Below, in pieces: positions 37,376-45,883 of a stretch of DNA of 64,000 bases. The notes beneath the pieces are model-generated. The model had not been told where the DNA came from and ran no database searches. It saw only the letters and a program-made list of their open reading frames with translations. The stretch covers positions 1,076-65,075 of the forward strand of contig JBGOZX010000004.1 in the NCBI GenBank assembly GCA_041480425.1, in the 5' to 3' direction. The translations under genes and the position numbers were made by a program. Each line of letters starts with the position of its first letter. Within the stretch, counting starts at the first letter, position 1. This DNA is from Bacteroidia bacterium (lineage in GTDB: Bacteria > Bacteroidota > Bacteroidia > Bacteroidales > VadinHA17).

Positions 37376-38755
37376 CTAGAACTTAGTATAAGTAAATTCA
37401 AATTTTACCGGTTTACTGCTATCATTGGCTTTAAGAACAGCATTATGGGTTGAAGTGGATGGAAGAAGCATCTCCAGTTCAGGTTTTATTTTATTGCCGG
37501 AATCTTCCAGATATTTCTGTACAAAGGAAGCGACATTGAAATTGTAAACCTTGTTAATTGTGTCAAGAACACCGTCAAAAAAACTCTGACTGATACTGTA
37601 ATCAGGGACATAATAACTTGTGTCACTTAGTTTATATGTAAGAAGAATCTGTGAAGCTACTGTCGAAGGCTTAAGAATATCACCATCCAGGGAAACAGGG
37701 ATGGTCAGTCTTGCCTTATTTACCGCAATTTTAGAAAATGCAGGATCATTCTTTATTTTCTCGAGTCCGGGCAACACAACCTTTGTATAAACACCACTCA
37801 GACTCTGCAGGTATGAAAGTGTGTCTTTGACCCCGTCATTAATATGATTGATCTTTTTATCAGGCTCCCCAGCTTCGAAATTGTGAAAAAACCTGTTGAA
37901 ACGTGCGTTGTTATTTACTGCATCAAGAATAAAATAGTATTCCATCTTAACATCTAATTCATTGTGGTAGTACAATGTGAAAAAGTTAACGGAATAGCTT
38001 GTCGATAAATGAGGGGCTAGTTTCAGCTTCATTAAAAGAGGTGCTGTGGAAGATGTTATCCTGAAATATAATCCTTTAAAAAATGATCTGAAGTCGGACC
38101 GGGCATTACTATGAAATAATTTTGCAGTATCACGCAAAAGATAGTTCCCGAATTCTGATGGTAATTTGAGCTCAATATTATTTATTGTATCTGCCTTTAA
38201 GACAGGCAGCTCGATAGAAGCAACATCATAACCTGTAAGAAGGACCGGTGAATTTGAATAGTATGCTGAATCTATATACAGCTGCCTGGCGATCTCCGAG
38301 ATTGTTAAAACCTGATCCGATTCAACATTCCCCTGGACATTTTCAAACTGCAGAAATAATTTTATTGAATCAACAGTAAACGGTTTACCATCCCATTTAC
38401 TTCCAAGTCTTATCTGGGACACGAATTCAGCGGATGTAATCCCAAAATAAGGATCATATATCGACCCAAAATATGAATAAGTGGAATTATCTGATCTTGC
38501 TTTAGCATCATACATTGTGTAAGAAAATGCACTTATTGTATCAGTTGATCTGATTGAAACAAAATCCCTTCCGGGGAGGATCTCCGTACCTATTGTTGAA
38601 GGGTTCTCTTCACAGGAAATCACAAAAAAAGCAATCCCGGTAATTATTGCAGGAGTAAATATTTTTTTGAGATTATAACAAACAGAAAGAAATCTGCGGG
38701 CAAATATGGAATCAGGATAATATTTCGTCATAAAAATCATTATAGGCATCAACAT
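37376..38755 (-). CDS. hypothetical lipoprotein (DUF4270-like)
   Basis: Lipobox FFVISCEEN after a hydrophobic segment, followed by a beta-rich body of about 440 aa. The position between the half-size GlgA-like gene and glmS matches the synteny I recall for DUF4270. The true start is probably one of the internal Met codons (38731-38749). Confidence 0.5.
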   Translation of the reverse strand: MLMPIMIFMTKYYPDSIFARRFLSVCYNLKKIFTPAIITGIAFFVISCEENPSTIGTEILPGRDFVSIRSTDTISAFSYTMYDAKARSDNSTYSYFGSIYDPYFGITSAEFVSQIRLGSKWDGKPFTVDSIKLFLQFENVQGNVESDQVLTISEIARQLYIDSAYYSNSPVLLTGYDVASIELPVLKADTINNIELKLPSEFGNYLLRDTAKLFHSNARSDFRSFFKGLYFRITSSTAPLLMKLKLAPHLSTSYSVNFFTLYYHNELDVKMEYYFILDAVNNNARFNRFFHNFEAGEPDKKINHINDGVKDTLSYLQSLSGVYTKVVLPGLEKIKNDPAFSKIAVNKARLTIPVSLDGDILKPSTVASQILLTYKLSDTSYYVPDYSISQSFFDGVLDTINKVYNFNVASFVQKYLEDSGNKIKPELEMLLPSTSTHNAVLKANDSSKPVKFEFTYTKF

Positions 38756-39518
38756 ACTGGGTTTCGTCCCTGTAAGTCAGAACGGGTTTTGTAATGGTTT
38801 GAATGTATTTGGATAATTCCCCATTTATCTCTTCACTTCCAATAATAATAGCGTCAGAATATTTAATTGCCAGTTTTGAAACATTAATAAAATCGGGCTT
38901 TTTAACAAGCTTAAGGCTTTCCCCGTCTATGCCGTCAAACCGCAGTTTATCGGCGAATGTTGATCTAAACGGAGTTTTGAAATCATTATTGTAGACTGAA
39001 TAGACAATTTTATAATTGTGAAATAACGGATCATCACTGTAAATACTCCTGAGATAAACCGGAACCAGAGCAGCCATCCAGCCATGACAGTGAACAATAT
39101 CCGGAGCCCATCGCAGTTTTTTTACCGTTTCAATTACTCCTCTGGCAAAAAACAAAGCACGTTCATCGTTATCTTCAAACTCTTTGCCCGAAGAGTCGGT
39201 TACTGTATGCTTTCTCTGAAAATAGTCATCATTATCAATAAAATAGACCTGCATCCGGGCAGATTGTATAGAAGCCACTTTAATGATGAGAGGATGATCG
39301 GTGTCGTCGATTATAAGATTCATTCCGGAAAGCCTTATTACTTCATGCAACTGGTTTCTCCTTTCATTGATACAACCATATCGTGGCATGAAAGTACGGA
39401 TCTCCTTACCCCTTTCCTGAATACCCTGAGGGAGATATCTTCCTATCTTTGATAATTTCGTTTCACCTAAATATGGAGTGATCTCTTGTGAAATGAATAA
39501 TACCTTCTTGCTTTCCAT
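38712..39518 (-). CDS. stand-alone glycogen/starch-synthase N-terminal (GT5 catalytic) domain protein
   Basis: 268 aa with VLFISQEITPY..., FMPRYG, and DIVHCHGWMAALVPVYLR, resembling the N-terminal Rossmann half of GlgA. The C-terminal GT-B half is absent. Confidence 0.6.
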   Translation of the reverse strand: MESKKVLFISQEITPYLGETKLSKIGRYLPQGIQERGKEIRTFMPRYGCINERRNQLHEVIRLSGMNLIIDDTDHPLIIKVASIQSARMQVYFIDNDDYFQRKHTVTDSSGKEFEDNDERALFFARGVIETVKKLRWAPDIVHCHGWMAALVPVYLRSIYSDDPLFHNYKIVYSVYNNDFKTPFRSTFADKLRFDGIDGESLKLVKKPDFINVSKLAIKYSDAIIIGSEEINGELSKYIQTITKPVLTYRDETQYVDAYNDFYDEILS

Positions 39519-39553
39519 TTACCTGCCTGGATATACCATTTCGTACAAAGGTG

Positions 39554-39561
39554 CAAAGATA
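39554..39561 (-). promoter_or_regulatory. Bacteroidota -7 promoter box (TAnnTTTG)
   Basis: The minus strand reads TATCTTTG, 35 nt upstream of ATG 39518. Confidence 0.45.
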
Positions 39562-39596
39562 GTAAAAAATAATGACATTAATAAAGTAAATTCATG

Positions 39597-39604
39597 TAGG
39601 TTTG
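39597..39604 (+). promoter_or_regulatory. Bacteroidota -7 promoter box (TAnnTTTG)
   Basis: TAGGTTTG lies 18 nt upstream of ATG 39623 (panC). The track's TTG start at 39602 lies inside this box. Confidence 0.45.
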
Positions 39605-39622
39605 TGCTTTAAATATTTAAAA

Positions 39623-40477
39623 ATGAAGGTAACCAGTACAGTTAACAGGTTACAGGAACACATCAGGAAGCTCAACCTCTCTCCTGTCGGATTTGTGCCA
39701 ACAATGGGCGCCCTTCACCGCGGACACCTTTCACTGGTCCGGAATGCCATAGCACAATGTCCGATGGTTGTTGTGAGTATTTATGTCAATCCCGCACAGT
39801 TCAACAACAAGACGGATCTGAAGGATTATCCCAGGACATATGGCAGCGATATGACTCTGCTTCAGGAGGTGCTCAGGAAAGATGATATTGTTTTTACTCC
39901 TGATGATAAAGAAATTTACCCGGTTGAAGATAAAAGAGAATTTCATTTCGGAAACCTCGATAATGTGATGGAAGCCGTGCTCCGGCCGGGCCATTTTAAT
40001 GGCGTTGCCCAGGTAGTAAGCAGACTTTTTGAAATTGTAAAGCCCGATATTGCCTTTTTCGGACAGAAAGATTTTCAGCAGCTGGCTGTCATTAAGGAAC
40101 TTGTAAAGCAAACTGATAATAAAGTCAGGATTATTGGAAATTCTATAATACGTGAGGATGATGGACTGGCCATGAGCAGCAGGAATCGCCTGCTTGAACC
40201 TGAAATCAGGAAGAACGCAGGGATAATATACAGAACTATTTCATCTGCAGCAACATTGGTTAATGAATATGATATCTCTGATTTAAAGACTTATGTCAGA
40301 AAAACGATCCAAGATATCAAGGGATTCAATATTGAATACTTCGAAATTGTGGATGATATTGAACTTATTCCAGTCACAAGGAAAGCAGAAATGGTAAAAG
40401 GGAAACGATATTTTGGATGTATAGCCGTTAAAGCAGGAAAAATAAGGCTGATAGATAATATTGAAATTCCGTTGTAA
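39623..40477 (+). CDS. panC: pantoate--beta-alanine ligase
   Basis: It has VPTMGALHRGHLSLV, FGQKDFQQL and MSSRN motifs. Confidence 0.9.
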   Translation: MKVTSTVNRLQEHIRKLNLSPVGFVPTMGALHRGHLSLVRNAIAQCPMVVVSIYVNPAQFNNKTDLKDYPRTYGSDMTLLQEVLRKDDIVFTPDDKEIYPVEDKREFHFGNLDNVMEAVLRPGHFNGVAQVVSRLFEIVKPDIAFFGQKDFQQLAVIKELVKQTDNKVRIIGNSIIREDDGLAMSSRNRLLEPEIRKNAGIIYRTISSAATLVNEYDISDLKTYVRKTIQDIKGFNIEYFEIVDDIELIPVTRKAEMVKGKRYFGCIAVKAGKIRLIDNIEIPL

Positions 40478-40494
40478 TCAATCAAAAGGATATT

Positions 40495-40502
40495 TAACTT
40501 TG
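40495..40502 (+). promoter_or_regulatory. Bacteroidota -7 promoter box (TAnnTTTG)
   Basis: TAACTTTG lies 28 nt upstream of ATG 40531 (panD). Confidence 0.4.
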
Positions 40503-40530
40503 CAGCGTAAATAATATCACGCAGTAATAT

Positions 40531-40881
40531 ATGTTAATTGAGGTACTAAAATCGAAAATCCATATGGTAACTGTCACTGAGGCAAATCTGCATTATGTCG
40601 GGAGTATATCTATTGATGAAGATCTGATAGATGCGGCCAATTTAATTGAAAACGAAAAAGTACAGGTCCTGAATTTAAGCAACGGTGAACGCCTCGAAAC
40701 CTATGTTATTAAAGGGAAAAGAGGTTCAGGAGAGATATGCCTTAACGGTGCAGCAGCAAGGAAAGTGATAGTTGGCGACATTGTTATTATAATGTCATAT
40801 GCATCCCTCGACTTTCAGGAAGCAAAATCATTCAAGCCAACCACAATTTTCCCCGATACCAAAACAAATAAACTGATCTGA
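40531..40881 (+). CDS. panD: aspartate 1-decarboxylase
   Basis: 116 aa with [23 protein letters not shown], which contains the G-S self-processing site. Confidence 0.9.
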   Translation: MLIEVLKSKIHMVTVTEANLHYVGSISIDEDLIDAANLIENEKVQVLNLSNGERLETYVIKGKRGSGEICLNGAAARKVIVGDIVIIMSYASLDFQEAKSFKPTTIFPDTKTNKLI

Positions 40882-40882
40882 C

Positions 40883-41908
40883 TTGAGAAAAGGTATACTA
40901 CAAACTCTTAAGTTTCTGGGATTTCTGGCTGTTGGATTTATTCTTCTTTGGTTTGCCTTTCGTAATGTTGAATTCAAAAAACTTCTTGACGGATTAAAAC
41001 AAGCCAACTATTCTTGGGTCCTTCTATCTGTACTCTTCGGGCTGTTCGCATTCATAAGCAGGGCCCGCCGCTGGGTACTGCTTATTAATCCGCTTGGATT
41101 TAACCCGTCCCTGCTGAACACATTTTATTCAATGATGACCGGGTACCTGGCAAACCTTGCTTTGCCAAGAGTTGGAGAGATAACCCGATGTGTCGCTCTG
41201 GGTAAAAAAGAAAAAATACCTGTCGATCAGCTCATTGGCACTGTAGTAGTTGAACGTACCATTGATTTTGTCACTCTTCTCCTGATCATGATCGTTATGA
41301 TCTTCCTGAGAGGAGATCAGATAAACCAATTTCTGAAAGTAAGTATCTTTATTCCTCTGCAACAGAAAGTCTTTTCATTGTTTGGATTCACATGGATAAT
41401 CTGGCTAATACTTATTTCCTTTCTGGCTCTCTTCCTTTACTTGTTGATCAGGTATAGAAAAAAATTACGAAAGATCAGTATTTTTTCCAAGATGTTCGAC
41501 CTTGCAAGGGGAATCATTAATGGACTGAAAACAATAACCCACCTGCAAAGAAAATGGGAATTTATTTTTCATACAATTTTTATCTGGGTTAACTATACAC
41601 TTATGACATGGGTAGTCGTGTTTGCCGTTGAAAGCACTTCACATATTACCCTGGGGGATAGTGTATTTCTACTGGTAATAGGTGGTTTAGCCATGTCGGC
41701 ACCTGTTCAAAGCGGGCTCGGAGCTTTTCATTACATTATTTCAAGGGGACTTGCTTTCGTTGAGGGAGTAAAGATTGAAGACGGACTTATTTATGCATTC
41801 CTTGCTCACGAATCACAATTGATATTTATTGCCATTGTAGGAACAATTTCATTCTTTATCATTTTTGGAAAACATAAAAAGTCCCGCCATGCGGGATGCG
41901 CGGGGTAA
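40883..41908 (+). CDS. UPF0104 / lysylphosphatidylglycerol-synthase-TM-region-like integral membrane protein
   Basis: 341 aa with about 8 predicted TM helices and the PRVGEITRC block typical of the flippase-like family. TTG start 1 nt after the panD stop. Confidence 0.6.
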   Translation: MRKGILQTLKFLGFLAVGFILLWFAFRNVEFKKLLDGLKQANYSWVLLSVLFGLFAFISRARRWVLLINPLGFNPSLLNTFYSMMTGYLANLALPRVGEITRCVALGKKEKIPVDQLIGTVVVERTIDFVTLLLIMIVMIFLRGDQINQFLKVSIFIPLQQKVFSLFGFTWIIWLILISFLALFLYLLIRYRKKLRKISIFSKMFDLARGIINGLKTITHLQRKWEFIFHTIFIWVNYTLMTWVVVFAVESTSHITLGDSVFLLVIGGLAMSAPVQSGLGAFHYIISRGLAFVEGVKIEDGLIYAFLAHESQLIFIAIVGTISFFIIFGKHKKSRHAGCAG

Positions 41909-41913
41909 ATACT

Positions 41914-43275
41914 ATGGTAAAAAGTAAAACTGTTTTTATTTGTCAGAATTGCGGAGCCGAATCAGCAAAATGGATTGGCAGATGTCCTTCCTGTAAAGAA
42001 TGGAATACATATCATGAAGAGATCATAGCTCCTTCCTCTTCCCGCGAGAGCGCCTTTGTAATAAATCAGGAAAAAAGGAAACCTGAGCTACTCAATGATA
42101 TCAAATCAGACGAACATAACAGACATAAAACCGGCATCCCGGAACTCGACAGGATTCTTGGGGGTGGCATGGTTGCCGGATCGCTTATCCTCCTTGGGGG
42201 AGAACCTGGAGTTGGTAAATCAACTCTGGCTTTACAGCTTGCACTTGCACTTAAAGAAAGCAGGATCCTCTATGTATCAGGCGAAGAGAGTGAAGAACAG
42301 ATCAGCCTGAGGGCAAAAAGGCTTAAAAGCTCAAACCCTTTGTGCTACATTTACTGTGAAACTGAGCTTGAGAATATACTTGTTCAGGCTGAAAACGTAA
42401 AGCCGGGATTAATAATTATTGATTCTATTCAAACTATTCAAACCGGAATTCTTGAGTCCTCTGCAGGTTCGGTCTCCCAGGTACGGGAATGTGCTGCACA
42501 GCTTCTGAAATATTCAAAAATAACAGGGATCCCTATTTTTCTCATAGGGCATATCACAAAAGATGGTACTCTTGCGGGACCAAAAGTGCTTGAGCATATC
42601 GTCGACGTGGTTCTTTACTTTGAAGGTGATAATAATTACATTTACCGGATACTAAGGTCAGCGAAGAACAGGTTTGGTTCCACTTCCGAGCTGGGAATCT
42701 TTGAAATGATTGAGAGCGGACTCAGGGAAGTAGCTAATCCTTCTGAAATGTTTATCAATCAGCATGATGAACCTCTAAGCGGAATCTCAATCGCGGCAAC
42801 AGTTGATGGTCTGAGACCCTTTCTCATAGAGACACAGGCACTTGTAAGCAGCGCTGTTTACGGAACCCCTCAGAGAAGCTCTACCGGATTTGATATACGG
42901 CGTCTTAACATGTTACTGGCGGTCCTTGAAAAAAGAGCCGGGTTCAGGCTTGGGGTAAAAGATGTCTTTCTGAATATTGCCGGAGGAATAAAGGTAAATG
43001 ATCCTGCAATTGATCTTGCCATAATCAGTTCTGTTCTTTCTTCAAATCTTGATATTCCGATCGGAAAAGATGTTTGCTTTTCGGGTGAAACAGGCCTGTC
43101 GGGAGAGATAAGACCAGTCTCACGGATCGAACAACGCATCAGGGAAGCTTCAAAAATGGGTTTTAAAATAATCTATATATCCAAATTTCACAGAAATATA
43201 TCGGCTAAAGGAGCTGCCATTGAGGTGATACCTGTCGGAAAAGTTGAAACGCTTGTACGGTTGTTATTCAGCTGA
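41914..43275 (+). CDS. radA: DNA repair protein RadA
   Basis: Zinc ribbon CQNCGAESAKWIGRCPSCKEWNT, Walker A GGEPGVGKST, the AKNRFG motif and a Lon-like C-terminal domain. The ATG is at 41914. Confidence 0.9.
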   Translation: MVKSKTVFICQNCGAESAKWIGRCPSCKEWNTYHEEIIAPSSSRESAFVINQEKRKPELLNDIKSDEHNRHKTGIPELDRILGGGMVAGSLILLGGEPGVGKSTLALQLALALKESRILYVSGEESEEQISLRAKRLKSSNPLCYIYCETELENILVQAENVKPGLIIIDSIQTIQTGILESSAGSVSQVRECAAQLLKYSKITGIPIFLIGHITKDGTLAGPKVLEHIVDVVLYFEGDNNYIYRILRSAKNRFGSTSELGIFEMIESGLREVANPSEMFINQHDEPLSGISIAATVDGLRPFLIETQALVSSAVYGTPQRSSTGFDIRRLNMLLAVLEKRAGFRLGVKDVFLNIAGGIKVNDPAIDLAIISSVLSSNLDIPIGKDVCFSGETGLSGEIRPVSRIEQRIREASKMGFKIIYISKFHRNISAKGAAIEVIPVGKVETLVRLLFS

Positions 43276-43309
43276 ATAATACATTAATCCTACCAATTTT
43301 ACTGAACCA

Positions 43310-43376
43310 CTTAATAACCTAATAACTCAATAACTTAATAACGGTTATTAGGTTATCAGGTTATTTAGTTATTAAG
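43310..43376. repeat. 67-nt AT-rich palindrome built from four direct octamers (yyAATAAC) and four inverted octamers
   Basis: TTAATAAC CTAATAAC TCAATAAC TTAATAAC / GGTTATTA GGTTATCA GGTTATTT AGTTATTA. Folding about position 43343 gives 33 stacked positions: 27 Watson-Crick, 2 G-U and 4 mismatches. It lies between the convergent radA and PBP1A genes. Confidence 0.85.
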
Positions 43377-43412
43377 GAATTCCGTAAACGGGAAATAGGA
43401 TTATTCCTAAAA

Positions 43413-45764
43413 TTAATACCTCTCCCTCAGATAATTATCCCGTCTGGTATTTTCTCTTTTTACCTTGTCACAGTCAAGTTCTATATTAAAATTTGTCGGA
43501 CGTTCGAATTCGTCTGCTTCCATAATCCCAAACTGAGGATCGGTATATACCTTTTTCAGAAAGATTGCAAATATAGGAAGCGCCATACTGGCACCCTGTC
43601 CCTCTCCCAGCGTTTCGAAATGGATTGACTGATCCTCCCATCCGCTCCAGACACCCCCTACAAGATTAGGAGTTACCCCCATAAACCAGCCATTTGAATG
43701 GTTTTGAGTCGTTCCTGTCTTACCACCAATCTGGTTCAACAGAAGATATGGTTCCTTCCGCAGTCTGTTCCCCGATCCTGTCAATACCACTCCCTGAAGC
43801 AGATCAAGCATCAGGTAAGCCTGCTCTTCACTCAAAACCTCTTCAATTTTAGGAGTAAATTTCGATATGGTGTTTCCGTTCTTGTCTTCGATCTTTATGA
43901 CATACATTGGGCGTGTATATACTCCTTTATTAGCGAATGTTCCGTAAGCCCCGACCATTTCTTCGAGTTTAATATCGGATGTCCCTAAAAATATTGAAGG
44001 AACGGGATCGATAAAACTCCTGACTCCCATCTTTTTCATCAGATCGGTAACTGCAGTGGGTCTGAATTGCTCCATAAGCCATGCTGAAATATAGTTTTCA
44101 GATTGGGCAAGCCCCCATTTCAGGGTAACCATTTTACCATGGTATTCTTTGGGGCCTGAGCTTCTTGGTTGCCAGGGAATGGAATCGCCGACAACGTCGA
44201 ATGACCGGGGGATATTCTCAACCTCCTGGCAGGGAGAATAGCCGTTCTGCATTGCAATAGTATAAAGAAATGGTTTTATGGTACTTCCAACCTGCTTTTT
44301 TTGTTGTGTAACTCCATCCCATTTAAAATACCTGAAATCGGGTCCTCCGACATAAGCCTTTACATAGCCATTATGGGGATCCTCCACAAGAAATGATGAA
44401 CGGACAAAAAACTTGTAATACCGTACAGAGTCGTATGGGGTCATAATTGTATCTCTTTCCCCTTTCCATGAAAAGACTTTCATCCTCACCTTTGTATTAA
44501 ATGCCAGAATTATCGAATCTTCAGGGACTCCCCTCGCTTTCATAAGATAATATCTGTCACTTTCCATCAAGGATTTCATTAACAGTTCTTCAACCTGCTT
44601 TTTTGTAAGGTCATTTGAATATGGTGGATTTCTAAAGTCTTTAGCCCGTTTATAGAAGTCAGGTTGTACCTCCGTGGAAAGATGCTCCGCAACAGCTTCT
44701 TCAGCATATTGCTGCATACGTGAATTAATTGTGGTATAGATCTTTAATCCATCTTTGTAAACATCATAATTCGACCCGTCCGGTTTTTTGTTTTTATTAC
44801 ACCATCCGTAAATCGGATTGTTTTCCCACTCCCACAAAGCATCTTCATACGAAGATTCCTGAACATACTTGCTTCTGTCAGGTTCGGGTTTTCTCATTGT
44901 ATTCCTTATATATTCCCGCAGGTATGTGGCATGTCCGGTGTTATGATCCTCTAACCTGAAATTCAGTTCTATCGGTAATTGTTTAACAGAATCAGCTACA
45001 TCAGGATTCAGATAACCATATTTTGCCATTTGCGAAATGACAACATTCCTCCTTTGAAGCATAAGATCATAATTTCTTACAGGATTATATCTGGTTGATG
45101 CCTTAAGCATCCCTATAAGTACCGCAGCCTGCTGGATATTAAGCGAATCGGGGGTTACGTTGAAATATACTCTCGCTGCTGATCTTATACCTACAGCATT
45201 ATAACTAAAGTCGAATTTATTAAGGTACATAGTAATGATCTCATCTTTTGTGTAGCTTCTTTCAAGTTTGACAGCAGTCTGCCACTCCTTAAATTTAGAG
45301 ACACCAAGTTTGATTTTTTTTACCAGTGTAGAGGTTTTTGCAGTATCCCTTGGATAAAGCTGTTTTGCAAGTTGTTGGGTAATTGTGCTCCCACCACCGG
45401 TATTCTGTCCGAGTACAACAGTGCGTATAATTGCTCTGCCCAATCCACGGATATCAATACCGGAATGTCTGTAGTACCTTATATCTTCAGTTGCAATAAG
45501 AGCATTGATAAGATACGTCGACATATCTTTATAATCTGTCCATGTCCTGTTCTCAATACTTATTTTCCCAAGCAGGATCCCATCTTCGGAGTAAACTTCG
45601 GCTGCCAGGTTATATTCAGGATTTTCAAGCTCACTGAATGAGGGCATTGGACCCAGCTTTTGATTTGAAATAAGAATAAATAATACAATGACAATAATAA
45701 ACGGCATGACGAATATTGTCCAGAACCAGATAAGGTATTTTCTGTTGGTTGAATCGCCTTTCAT
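43413..45764 (-). CDS. mrcA: penicillin-binding protein 1A (bifunctional transglycosylase/transpeptidase)
   Basis: N-terminal TM helix. GT51 motifs ATEDIRYYRHSGID and GGSTITQQLAK. Transpeptidase motifs GSTIKP (SxxK) and GKTGTT. Confidence 0.9.
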   Translation of the reverse strand: MKGDSTNRKYLIWFWTIFVMPFIIVIVLFILISNQKLGPMPSFSELENPEYNLAAEVYSEDGILLGKISIENRTWTDYKDMSTYLINALIATEDIRYYRHSGIDIRGLGRAIIRTVVLGQNTGGGSTITQQLAKQLYPRDTAKTSTLVKKIKLGVSKFKEWQTAVKLERSYTKDEIITMYLNKFDFSYNAVGIRSAARVYFNVTPDSLNIQQAAVLIGMLKASTRYNPVRNYDLMLQRRNVVISQMAKYGYLNPDVADSVKQLPIELNFRLEDHNTGHATYLREYIRNTMRKPEPDRSKYVQESSYEDALWEWENNPIYGWCNKNKKPDGSNYDVYKDGLKIYTTINSRMQQYAEEAVAEHLSTEVQPDFYKRAKDFRNPPYSNDLTKKQVEELLMKSLMESDRYYLMKARGVPEDSIILAFNTKVRMKVFSWKGERDTIMTPYDSVRYYKFFVRSSFLVEDPHNGYVKAYVGGPDFRYFKWDGVTQQKKQVGSTIKPFLYTIAMQNGYSPCQEVENIPRSFDVVGDSIPWQPRSSGPKEYHGKMVTLKWGLAQSENYISAWLMEQFRPTAVTDLMKKMGVRSFIDPVPSIFLGTSDIKLEEMVGAYGTFANKGVYTRPMYVIKIEDKNGNTISKFTPKIEEVLSEEQAYLMLDLLQGVVLTGSGNRLRKEPYLLLNQIGGKTGTTQNHSNGWFMGVTPNLVGGVWSGWEDQSIHFETLGEGQGASMALPIFAIFLKKVYTDPQFGIMEADEFERPTNFNIELDCDKVKRENTRRDNYLRERY

Positions 45765-45783
45765 TTGCTTCAGGAGTTTGCAT

Positions 45784-45791
45784 CAAAAATA
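45784..45791 (-). promoter_or_regulatory. Bacteroidota -7 promoter box (TAnnTTTG)
   Basis: The minus strand reads TATTTTTG, 19 nt upstream of ATG 45764. Confidence 0.4.
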
Positions 45792-45883
45792 GTAATTAAT
45801 AAAGAATCTTATCGGTTTATTTTGAAGTTTGGTACCTAATTGATTTACTTTGTCATGTTTTAACAGAGTAAATTCCGTCTGAT

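Noticed and set aside
43310-43376. Octamer repeat array considered as a CRISPR-like or minisatellite feature
   Set aside because: The units are 8 nt with no spacers, the two halves are inverted and no cas genes are present. It is reported as a palindrome instead.
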